Source of the DNA: Zygnema circumcarinatum SAG 698-1b
Taxonomy: Eukaryota > Plantae > Zygnematophyceae
Assembly: GCA_037447605.1 (NCBI GenBank)
Contig: CM074817.1
Span: forward strand, 682,001 to 746,000
Reading direction: 5' to 3'
Length of the DNA: 64,000 nt
Part shown: positions 12,001-22,902 of the stretch, piece after piece
Position numbering within the stretch: position 1 is the first letter of the stretch
Layout of the letters: each line of letters opens with the position of its first letter
Program-made: the position numbers and the translations under genes
The notes under the pieces: model-generated
Told to the model about the DNA's origin: nothing
The model's database searches: none
The model's input: only the letters and a program-made list of their open reading frames with translations

Positions 12001-14423
12001 ATGGCCGCAGCCGTGGCCTCCTGTCCTGCACACGCTGCCATCCCCTTCGCCCGCCCCGCAGTACCTCTCACCGAGGAGTCCATGGCGGCCCCTCCTCTTT
12101 ATTTTGGAAGGGCTTTCGTGCGAAGGGAAGGGAAGCCATGGCTGGCCTTTGCGGCACCGTCTCCGTTCGCGAGGAAGGTGGCGGCGGGAGGGACCCCGAG
12201 GGCCGCCCTGGATGCGGGAGGAACTGCGGAGGACGGAGGAGAGGGAGAGGGAGCGGAAGGAGAGGATGTGAGAGACACTTCCAAATCCTACCTCCTTCGA
12301 TTCACATCAACTCGTAGGTCAGAGGCGATTTTTGTTGGAGGGCTGCAATTTTTGTGACGGTTTAATTCTGGAGGTGAATATCAGTGGGATTAGGGTTAAT
12401 TTAAGAATCTGGGCTAGGGTCAGGCTTAGACTCAGGCTTAGGACCTAAATGAGGGTGATAATTGGGGTTTAAATTGAGGACGCAGTTGAATTAAGATTAA
12501 CTTTAGGGCTAGATTTGAAGCTTAAGTTACAGTTATTAAATTAGACCGGCGATTGGGGGTAGGATTAGATTTAAGGTCCACTTAAAGCCATCATCTTAGT
12601 CATGCATCTGTGTAGCTTTGGGTTTAAGGGCCGGGTGAAGGGCAGGTCTGCACAGACCCCCCCCCTCTTTCCTCTCCCTCTCACTCTTACTCGTCTTACA
12701 ACCCCTCGTTAGCATAGAAATTATCAATGCCCTAAAAAGGTGAACATTTCCATTTCGAATCTGCTTTTGGAGGCTGTGCCGTCAAGTAATGGTAAAGGAA
12801 TGAAAATGCAAACATGAGAAATGAGTGTTGGCAATGTGGGTTCGACGCGATGCATGCATTGCCTCTTCAGCTGGAAGGGCAACTCTATAGTTCGTGTTAA
12901 GCACAGTCATTTTTTTTGGCTAGGGTTAGCGTTAGCGTTCGCGTTAGCCTTAGGGTTAGGGTGAGGATTGGTCAGGGAGGTTGGTTAGGGTTCGACTTAG
13001 GGTTGGGATTAGGGTTAGGGTAAGGGCACGAGTTCAAACCTTGCGATACAAGCTGTTAAAGCAGCGACGGCAATCTAAAAACTTTTTTTCTGAAGCTGAG
13101 ATATGTTTGATTCTCGGCAGGGAAGTGGAAACTTCCTTTGCCTCTTCCCTTTTCAGTTTATCCGTGAGATGTACGGCGATGGACATTATTCCTTGTGTTT
13201 TGAACTTCTCTCATCTTATACCTCTCCCTCTCTCTCTCCCTCTTCCCAATCTCCTCTCCCTCCTTCCACTCCTTCATCCCATCCTGCAACACTGACTTTT
13301 TTTTGGTCCTTTTTGTTTTTTTGGGAATTGTGGTTGGAAATTCGAAGAAATCTGCCTCGGAGGCATTCAGGTCGCGCATGGAACGGCTCGTGAGCAACGG
13401 CGATGAGTCGTTTCGGGGCATAGACTTGGCAACCCTAATTCGAAATAAGTACGGAAAATCGTACGATGTGCAGCTCATAAAGAAGGTGCGTGAAGCGCCG
13501 CCTGACACGGACATTATTTTCAATTCTTAAAATTTGGATGCTGACCCTCAGCCCGCACGTTCATTGAAACTTTTGAGCTTCTGAAATATCTCCGTTCATT
13601 TCTAGCGCCCTGTAACCCCTTTCTCAGTGCTGTCAGAAACTTTTTTTTTGAAAGTGGAAAAGTTTGAGGTGTCTGAAGCACGTGTATTCTGAGTGGTACG
13701 AGAACAATTCCAGCTGCCGTCTGCATTTAACTTCATCTTTTCTTGCTTCTCAATGACATTGAACCGGTATTGACCCATTCTTGCGATTTTTGCTTTCAGG
13801 AGTTCATGGGAAGGCAACTGCTAGCAATGAACGTAATGTGGAAATACCGCGAGCAGGTAAAGTTTTCTCGGGACAAAAAGGAAACGTTGCCATTTTTATG
13901 CTTCAGATCTGTTTCAGCACTGCAGAAAGCGGGTCCGCAAATTGTTTTAGAAGTGTCTGTAGAGTCGCTGCCCTGTTTTAGCGTTCGGGGAGAGAGATCT
14001 TTTGCGTGCAGAAATCGTTTCCTCTGACGGAGGAGGAGTACATATATCACCTCGACTCCGTCGCCGACAATTTGCGTTGTTGGGGAGCCGTTTCAACGGT
14101 ACGGAGCGTTCTGGAGAAGACCAAAGAAAGGCCGCGAATCGGGAAGGTCGGTTCACCCTCCCAACCTCCTTTTCTCCATTTTTCTTTTAAGTTCTCGACT
14201 AAGCAGTCTGCTATTTTCTAAGTCTAAAGATCTAATGTTTTCAATGTTTTTGTGAGGCAATATTTAAATTGGAGATCAAGTGAGTGTAGTATCAGAAAGC
14301 TGCTCTTACTTGCGGCGAAGTGAAGTCTGTGTGTGCCTGCGCTGTGTGGCGATGCAGGCGGTGTCGATTTTCATCGATGTCGATGACACGGGAGGGCGGG
14401 CCAATGAATGGATCAATAGGTGA
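12001..14423 (+). CDS. Plastid-targeted DUF3067 family protein
   Basis: Transit-peptide-like exon 1 MAAAVASCPAHAAIPFARP..., then exons ...FRGIDLATLIRNKYGKSYDVQLIKK | EFMGRQLLAMNVMWKYREQ | KSFPLTEEEYIYHLDSVADNLRCWGAVSTVRSVLEKTKERPRIGK | AVSIFIDVDDTGGRANEWINR*. This matches the cyanobacterial/plant DUF3067 pattern (KWG.SYD...VMWKY.EQ.SFPL.E.EY...W...RPR.GKAVSI). Confidence 0.88.
12921..13026 (+). repeat. Degenerate (TTAGGG)n telomere-like array in intron 1 of DUF3067
   Basis: TAGGGTTAGCGTTAGCGTTCGCGTTAGCCTTAGGGTTAGGGTGAGG...TTAGGGTTGGGATTAGGGTTAGGGTAAGGG with 6-bp periodicity; a more decayed stretch lies at about 12385-12600. Confidence 0.7.
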
Positions 14424-15192
14424 AAATTAGATACAACGTATGCGTGTAGTTTCTCTTCCTGTTTACTTTTTCATGGAAAGAAATGGGAGCTGGCGATTTC
14501 AAGCTCCCTTTTTCATGGTTTGCCGAAAGGATTTGTTGCTGAAGGCGAGTGCATTGAGATATGTACGGATGGCAAGCTTCTGTATATACGAAGAAATATT
14601 ATTAATATTATATTATTATTATTATTTATTTAGTTTCGGAATCTGCAGGGCTTCTGGGCTCCTCAGCGAAATTATTAGGGGTTGACGAGTGAGCACTGAA
14701 TAAATACTGTAAGAAGTTTTTGAGATTTAGTGAAGTTTTCTCTCTTGAGCTTCGTTTACGATGATAGACTTTCTAAGGGGTACTATATCATGTCGTGTTG
14801 GTGAGAGAGCTGAGAAGCCAACATTGGTTGTGGCGACAGTAACTATAAAGCCAATAAGAAGCAAATGATGAAATGAAGGTTGCTCAATGAGATTGTTGCA
14901 GGTTACAGACAACATTGTGAGAGGAACAATTTCTGTTTTGTCAAAAAAAAAAACGTTCAGAGCCTCCTGCATTCAAGATCAGTGTTGTCAAGCTTATATA
15001 AGAGCAGAGCAGAATAAGAGCATTGATTTTGAGAGACGATATGAACAACAAATACTTGTTTCTCTATTGGTGCCCACTTCACATCCACAACAATAAGAGA
15101 GCAGCAAGTTTTTTTACAGAAACGACAGAACTGAACGCTCTTTCCTGCACAGCAACACTATTTACACTTTGATGTCCCCAAAGCTCTGTACT

Positions 15193-17690
15193 TTAGATCT
15201 GCTTATCGGAGGTCGTGTCAATCGACGCCTCATTTCCAGCATTTCCCTTCTCCGGCTCTCCCGCCTTCCCAAAGACGCTCTCCCTCACATACTGCACCGT
15301 GTTAACGACAGCGCTCCCCGTTGCCTGCAGAGCAGAAGTGGTGCGGTCTTTCGCAACGGCAGCAGTGTCACTCGACTTAGTGCCCACATAGTCCGCTCCC
15401 TCCTTTGCACCCTCCGCCGTACTGTTAGCCGTATCCTGCACCCCCTGGACAGTCTGATCTTTCGCCTTCTCTGTCTGGGCACCCGCGTAGCCTGCAGCTT
15501 CTTTTATTCCATCAACTACGCCTGCGACTGTATCTGAAACCACCGTATAAGCATTTTGCCCAGTCTGAACAGTACTGTCCTTCGCAGCCACATAGCCTTC
15601 TCCGGTCTTCTGCTTGGCAGCATCGTAGGTTTCGCCTGCATAGTTCTTGCTAGCCTCGTATTGGTCAGCTGCCAGATTTTGTCCTTGCTCATACCTGCAA
15701 AAGTAGAATCAGAAAATGTCAATGGAGGAGATGAAGTGGCAAAAGACGATGTAATATTCCCCATTGGCATTGTGGCTTGCGAGCAAGTAGACTGTGCTCG
15801 AGGCATGCACTTACCCCTGCCCCACTTTCTCTTTTGCAGCTTCGTACGTCCCGGTCGCCTGCTCCTGACCGGCAATTTTCAAGTCGTTCAGTTTTTGGGT
15901 TGCCGTGTCCAATCCTCTGGATGCGTACTCCTGCAAAATGCAACTCCCTCATTCCCATGTTATTAAGAGCATTTCCCATAACAAGAGCAAAACAACTCTC
16001 AAATTTTTTCCTGACCGAACACTCTCGCTTATCCCACCATTTAAGAAGCAGCTTAACTTCCATCATTATTGCAAAACATAAAACAAGTGCTAAAATTATA
16101 ACTTCCTTCTTGCTGAGCTTCACCTGCATTGTAGTGCCAGCTCCCTGCGCGCGAGTCTCTGCTCCCTCCTTTAAGCTCACACCTGTTTCCATTGCTGAGT
16201 TCTTCGCCTGCTCATACCCCTGCTGGGTCCCCTCTTGCATCTGTCCTGCCATCTCACTCACACCCTGCTTTGTCTGATCGTATTTCTCCTGTCCAAGTCT
16301 CTGCGCCTCCTCCGCTTTCTGCGACCCTATCTCCATGGCCTGATTGTACGTTTCCTGCGCAGAATTTTTCATCTGCCCAGCTTTCTCAGACCCCGCTTGT
16401 TTCGTCTGTTCATAATTCTCCTGTGCTACATCCTGCACCTGACCTGCTCGTTCATATCCAGCTTGCTTTGTCTGATCATAAGTCTGCTGAGCACTATCCA
16501 TATATTCCCCCGCCTTCTCCGACCCAACTTGCTTTGTTTGATCATATGTCTGCTGAGCACTGTCCATATATTCCCCTGCCTTCTCCGACCCAACTTGCTT
16601 TGTTTGATCGTAAGTCTGCTGAGCACTGTCCATATATTCCCCTACCTTCTCCGACCCAACTTGCTTTGTTTGATCGTAAGTCTGCTGAGCACTGTCCACA
16701 TATTCCCCAGCCTTCTCCGACCCAACTTCCTTTGTTTGATCATAACTTTCCTGCAGGCTCTCTCCATACTGCCCAGCTTTCTCCGAACCGGCTTGCTTTG
16801 TCTGATCATAAGTCTGCTGCGCACTATCCGTGACTTGCGCCGCTTTATCAGATCCAATATCCCTAGTCTGATTGTAATTTTGCGTTGCAGTATCTTGGAA
16901 TTGCCCAGTCTTCTCAGCTCCAGCCTTTGTGGCCTGCTCATAGGCCTCCTGCCCCTTTCCCAGTACGTCGGAAGACGCCTGCTTTGCTTGTTCATACTTG
17001 TCCTGAGCCGCCTGCATGTAAATGGAACAGATTTTCTCTTGATGATTATTCACAGAGGCACTGACTGAACGAGAGACAAAGAATTCCGAATTTGCTAACA
17101 ATCGGTGCACTCTGCCACTCTAATACTTAGCTATGTCACGACCGCCTCAATGAAAAAAAATGGACGACTTGACATGGGTTACATTAGCACGAGTTCCAAT
17201 GGTTGTACCCCAGTTCAAAAAAACATTGATGTCTTAGAAGTTTTGTACTTGAATTAAAATGGAGAAAAAAAGTGCAGCTTACTTGGATAACGGAGGCGGA
17301 TTGCTCCTGAGCTTTATTGCGGTATTGAGTTAATGCGTCAGCTGTTCCATCGTATATCTCATCTGCCTGCAAAACAGGAACCGAACAATGCATTCAAACT
17401 TCAAGCGACATAGAAGCTTTCGGCCATCCATGAAGAACCCTACACTTCTCCCAAAAGCAATCAAACGCGGCCTGGATACCTTGTCAAATTCAACCAAAAC
17501 CTGTTCAGGAGCTTAAACAAAATGCAGCACATCACATGCGCATCAGCAAGGAGGACGTGAGCAAGAACACATCATCACATGTCCATGTCCTTATAACGAG
17601 CCATTCTGCGTTCTCCCTGCCCCTACTTACCCGCTGCTGGCCCTCCTCGGCGGCAGCACCTGCAGAGCGAGTGTCCTGCTGCGAAGCCAT
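15193..17690 (-). CDS. Group 3 LEA-like (late embryogenesis abundant) hydrophilin
   Basis: Exons MASQQDTRSAGAAAEEGQQR | ADEIYDGTADALTQYRNKAQEQSASVIQ | AAQDKYEQAKQ...(22-aa repeats AQQTYDQTKQVGSEKAGEYMDS)... | ...YDAAKQKTGEGYVAAKD...TTSDKQI*. A/Q/E/K/T/G-rich, 11-mer-based amphipathic periodicity. Confidence 0.85.
16230..16960 (-). repeat. Coding 66-bp tandem repeat (22 aa), about 11 units
   Basis: Three to four central units (about 16480-16720) are near-identical at DNA level; flanking units diverge. Confidence 0.85.
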
Positions 17691-17875
17691 GGATGCCCTC
17701 CGTCTCCCTTCCCTCCCAGGTAGCTAAATACCAACGAGCGTTTAAACTCCGTGAAAACAAACAACTCAGTATTTCGAATCCCAGAAGTGTTCAGTCCCTT
17801 GAAACTTCCCTTGACGATCGACTCTTGGCGGAGTCCCGGCAGCTTTAATAGGTCCCCGGGCGGCAGGCTCGGAGA

Positions 17876-18001
17876 CACGTGGCGCGCGCACGGCGGCGCA
17901 GGTCGTTCTAACGCAATCAGCCTGCAACACGTGGTGGGGCTACACGTGGCACATTTCCACGTGGCGGAACAGGACGCGGCGTGGCTGGCACGCGCCACGT
18001 G
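17876..18001. promoter_or_regulatory. Cluster of five G-box/ABRE elements between the divergent LEA and ASR genes
   Basis: CACGTG at 17876, 17928, 17943, 17958 and 17996, each followed by G (ACGTGG ABRE core); TATA-like TATTAAA on the minus strand at about 17845-17851. Confidence 0.75.
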
Positions 18002-18881
18002 GGCGTTGTTTGAGTGGCACGACAGGGTTGGGGCTACATGAGCGCAGTTCCGTATTTTTTCACAGTGACTGTAACTTTCGTAGAGAAATCACTCGGTCCG
18101 TGAAACCATGAACTGGTTGGAAGGCGACGTTTCCATGTGGCTAGAGTCTACTTCAGTTGCAATCCCGTTTCACGGGTTTGACCGTAACAGGTTTTCATGT
18201 AGCGGTCCAGATTCACTCCCTCTAGAGCCAAAGCGGTTACCCCGCAACGGTCGGTCAAAGCGCGTCCCCGTGCCGGTCAAGAATCTCCATCATCCAATCA
18301 GAAACGTCCATTTCGTCAATGGACCAATGGCAGCGGAGCCCCATGGTCGGTCCGGCCAATGAGGGCGCGCGTCTGACGCAGCAAGGCGATGACGCGGGCA
18401 CAAAGAAATATCGCCCCGATGCGCGCTCGCCGTTGCCGGCCGGCGACTCGTTCCTGGCGGCGGCAAAGTCAAACCGTTGCCGGCCGTTCTGGAATTGTGA
18501 CGGTCGTTGCTTCTGCCGGCCGGCCGCGACTGCTTGTCTGGAGCTCGAAGCAGGCGGCCGACAGACGTACGCCTCAAACCGGCGCAAAGTCTTTCTCGGA
18601 CCGTCTAACGGTTTTGTGACGGCCGGTTAGTTTCCTGACGGCAGGCTAGTTTCCTGCCGGCCGGCAGTCTCATCTCCAGATCGCGTCGGCATATTCGTGT
18701 CACGTCACGCGGTCTTAACGCGGAGACTCCGCCGCGGTACATGAGAGGAACCTCCGGACCGATTGCGTTATAGCCAGCCGTAGGCGGAGAGAGGGAGAGG
18801 GAGAGGAGAGGGAGAGAGGGAGAGGAGAGGGAGAGAGGGAGAAAGGGAGGGAGGAAGAGAGGGAGAGAACAGGCAGCAGCC

Positions 18882-19664
18882 ATGGGGCACGGGGACGACG
18901 ATGATCGCCGTGAAAGGAGGCATGATGATGATGATGACCATCGCAAGCACCATGGGCACCGTGAGGATGACGACCATGAGCGCCGCCGCCATGGCGGTGA
19001 CGACGACAACGAACGTCGCCGCCATGGCGACGACGATGACAATGAGCGCCGCCGCCATGGCGACGACGGTGACCATGAGCGCCGACGTCCGGAGGGTTTT
19101 GGTGAATCTGGCGGTTTCGGTGGACCCGGTGGACCCGGTGGACCTCCTCCGGGAGGCTATGGAGGATACGGCGGGGGATACGGAAGCGAGGGTCTGAACC
19201 CCGACAGGCAGCGCCTGGCAGACGAAGCGAGGAAGGCCGCGGAGCAGGCGGAGGAGGCCCGCGTGTGGGCGCTGGAGAAGGCCAAGAAGGAGGAGAAGGA
19301 GAACGAGCGCAACGAGCTCATGGCGGGCGTGGGCGCTCTCGCTGCTGCCGGAGTCGCCGCTGTAAGTTGACTGGACTGAAAGTGACTTGGTTGCTTAATC
19401 TCACGCTCTTACGCTCTATATTTTCCAAGCTATTGCTCTGGTCAATGCTGACTTTGAGTATTTCTGGGGAATGAGCAGTGGCAGGCGCACGAAGCTTTTG
19501 CGGACCCGGGAAATGCGAAGAAGCACGAGGCCGCTGCGGCCGTGGCTGGCGCCGTGGCGGTGGGCGCGGGCGGGTACGCTGTGCACGAGCACATGGACCA
19601 GAAGAAGCTCGAGAAGGTGGAGGAGGGCCTGGGAGACACTGACAAGAAGCACGGCTGGTTCTAA
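18882..19664 (+). CDS. ASR: ASR (abscisic acid/stress/ripening, ABA_WDS domain) protein, 2 exons
   Basis: Exons 18882-19361 and 19479-19664. C-terminal ELMAGVGALAAAGVAA|WQAHEAFADPGNAKKHEAAAAVAGAVAVGAGGYAVHEHMDQKK matches the ABA/WDS consensus (ELGA.AAGA.ALHE.H....DPE.A..H......AAAVG.GG.A.HEHH.KK). N-terminus has His/Asp/Arg repeats and a Gly/Pro/Tyr-rich linker. Confidence 0.82.
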
Positions 19665-22600
19665 CTTGCTGGAGGCACAACGTGAGAGAGAGAGGGTTTA
19701 TGTGTGGGGTGTGGGGGGGAGGGGGAAGAGGGCAATTTTGCGATTATCAATGTACGAGATGTTTCCTTCCTGTGAATATGTAGCTGCGGTAGGAGCCTTA
19801 GTGGCTGGATGAAGCGTTTCATACCTGAGAGGCAGAATAGCAGTGGCCTGCGCTGCTTCAGACGGGTTTTTTGCCCGTGGAAGCTGTGACTGTAAAATCG
19901 AATTTGAAGTGCAATTGCGTAAAGTCGTGGATTTTTGCATTCTCTCCTCTTCTGGTTGAATACTGCTCCCACAATTGTTTAGTGAAAGGTTTCCACTTTT
20001 GTTCCGTTCGGTTTAATTTCGGCTGTGAACATTCAAAGCAGCGGACTGCCAAATCCTTAAATGCATGGCTGTTCTGTCTGGCAGGAAACAAGTTCATCAT
20101 CGTAAATGTAGAAACAATCAGTCACTTGCATCTAACTCGCAAATTCCGCAGCTTGCGTTTAGGAGTTATTTCTATGGTTTTCGAGGTTTATCTTCAAAAT
20201 GGGCTGATGTCTACGTGGCAGACACCAGGTCACCTTAGAGTCTTAGACACCTAAAGTTTATCACAGCAGGGTGTGGGCGTTCTTGCTGGCTGACACCTAC
20301 TTGGTGATCGTAAATTATCCAGTAGAGTTAGTGCAGTTTTAGGGTTTAAGTGATAAGGAACACAGTTGTTGCGTTTTCAAGCCTGGGGTTTCTAATGCAT
20401 CCAGTAATTCTGAAAAGGCTCCAGGAACACGATCGCGGCGGCGGGTCCACGGGTTGCCTTTATGGGGGGAGAATAGGCCCTTGAAAAGCTGTTATCGGCT
20501 GATCACCTTTGGAAGGTTGATTTGCAAAAATACACTCGAAATTCGGATTCTCCCCCACTCATTAGGGCAATGTCAGACTCAACGAAAAAAGAAGTTGATG
20601 AAGTACTTCTCTACAGGCATATCGCGATGTCACCGGAGTACTCATTTTGGTGTCAAAGTAACGAACAACTGTTTAGTCTGGCATGCTTTCTTGGTTACGT
20701 CCCCCTGGACTGAAATCCTGGAACTCAGCCACCCCTGAACAAAAAGCCTGAATCCCCTACACGTCGGCGACAAAGAGGCGACGTTTCGAATGGAGTGTAT
20801 GTAATCGATTGAGTGTGCCGCGAGCACGGGGGGATGGACCTCCACACGTTAATCGAGGCTACTTCTAGGAAGGGCTGCGTTGTTGAGCCCAGGCGTAGTT
20901 TTCCGCTCCTAGCTTTTTTCTTCTGCCCTTGGGTCCATTGCGACTAGTTTTGTTCCTCGTGGTTCCCCATGATGGATTTTGTCCATGTACAGTACATTTG
21001 ATGGCCTCGCCATGCGTGAGTTCAATGCCACATCCCTTCCGTTGATCCAATCAATGGTCCGACTCATGAAGGGTTCCATTGCTGCCCGGAAACCAAAACG
21101 TTTGAAACGTCCAAAATAAATTGTGGTACAGTTTGATCCTCTACAGTACGCAAATCATCCACGTGGCGACCGCGAGTTGGTCCTCACAATTTTTTTTTTT
21201 TTTTGTTATCGAGCAAGACATCCGACGTGGCGCGGTTTTTTTGTTTTTTTTTTGGGACCGCTTGATTGATCCCCCCGGCCTCAACTGATCCGTTTTGCCT
21301 CAAATATTTTTCAAAACTGCTTCTCCCCCCATTAGGCAGCGGCGGAAGGCAGCGGTACGCATTTGTGTAAATACTTTTCCTTTCAACATTGGGCCCATCG
21401 CAGGTCGAGAAATTTGGCCCGGTTGGCGAATTTCCGCCCGGCGGCGCGCGCGCTTCAGCCGAAGCGGCGCGCGGGCCCTCCCTCCCTCTCTCCCTCCCTC
21501 GCTCCCTCCCCCGGGAGGGAGGGGCCCTGTTAGGCCCTGAAGAAGGGGCGCAGCCTGGTCCGGCCGTCTGCATGCGCGCATCTCTGGACCGCCGTTTTCC
21601 GTATTTGATCCTTATAAATTATCATCCTTTTACTCTGCTTGGCTGCAGGAGCTGGCCTGGGCGTGTAGGGGGCGGGTGCGCTCGAGGAGACTCCGGTCTG
21701 CTTTAGGAGGAAATGGCACGGGAGAGTGAGTCTAGACCGGCGGGTTCTTGACAGGATTTCGGATTTTAGGGTTTCTGTGCATACATTTTAGTTGGGAGAA
21801 GTTCAGTTCCGGCGGAGAGGTTTGTTTGCAAGGAAGGGGAGAATGGAGGAGAGGTGGGGGAAGAGAAAGGACGATTGTGGAACGACGAAGGGTAGGAGCA
21901 TCCCGGGCGAGAAAAGGTGAAGCCTTTATGGAATCGTTATCAGAACGTTGTCGGTTTTTTATTAAGTTATATCATTGAATTAAAAAAGATCAAGGTTGAT
22001 TGGCTTCGGTCAAAGTTTTGAATATCTTGTGAATACTAGGCCAGGAGATGTGAGCGAAAATGCGCACTTTGGTCGGCTCTGGTGGCACCATTCAGATTGG
22101 CTTTTCAGGCAACTTTTCGCATGTCGCTTCATAAGCTCAGAGTCGTATGCATCCATCGTCCATCATGTTCATTCATTTATCAAGAAGGCCGTTTCCTGAG
22201 ATACATGCAGCGATTTATTCAGTTTACCGTTCCATAAAGCAGGCTGGCATTCTTCTCCTTTGGGGCTTTGATTCTTTTGGGGGGCATCAGCTCAGGACGC
22301 TTCGTTAAAACCGATACTGTTTGCGACCAGTTGCATACATCCTCATAACAAAACTTCTCTCAGAAAAGGGTTCGTTTATGCAGTAATTTCAATGTTGATT
22401 CATCTCACATATCGTCCGATGCTTTTGATGTTTTGTTGCTGATTTTGAAGAGGATGTTGTCCTGCTCATTCCGGTGAGAACTGCGAAGTGATGCTATTGC
22501 AGGCATGCCATGACTTGTTAACCAGGGATCAAGGTTCAATTTGACTGCCATAGAAATCTTCTGGTCAGTTTAATGCAATATAACTGCATTAATCAGACCG

Positions 22601-22902
22601 AATTCTGCATTGTTGGAATCGACCAGCCGTCAGTCAATGACCCTGCAACTACTAGCGTTTCAACTCTTGGCGCTCACATGCAAACAAATGCACGTCCTCT
22701 TTCCAGACGCGTTCGATTCATCTTAAACACAAACGCAATGGGTAATCGTGAACGTGACGAGATTGCGAGCGGGAGAGTAGTGCGAAGCTAAAGAAGTGAA
22801 AGGGACCATACACGGGTCAAATCTGAAACACACGAGTCTCCAGCACTCGTTTAAGCTCTTAAACCTGCGCAGAACTGAACTCAAACTTTCTGTTCTATGC
22901 AG

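Noticed and set aside
16230-16960. CRISPR-like or satellite interpretation of the regular repeats
   Set aside because: No unique spacers; the units are in-frame coding repeats of a LEA. No cas genes, and the DNA is eukaryotic.
18882-19100. His-rich ASR N-terminus as a dedicated Ni chaperone for the urease cluster
   Set aside because: It lies 27 kb away with unrelated genes between, and His-rich segments are normal for ASRs. No supporting evidence.
20454-21050. Short ORFs (20522-20713 +, 20865-21050 -) as genes
   Set aside because: No recognisable motifs, no consistent splice chain, no clear codon bias.
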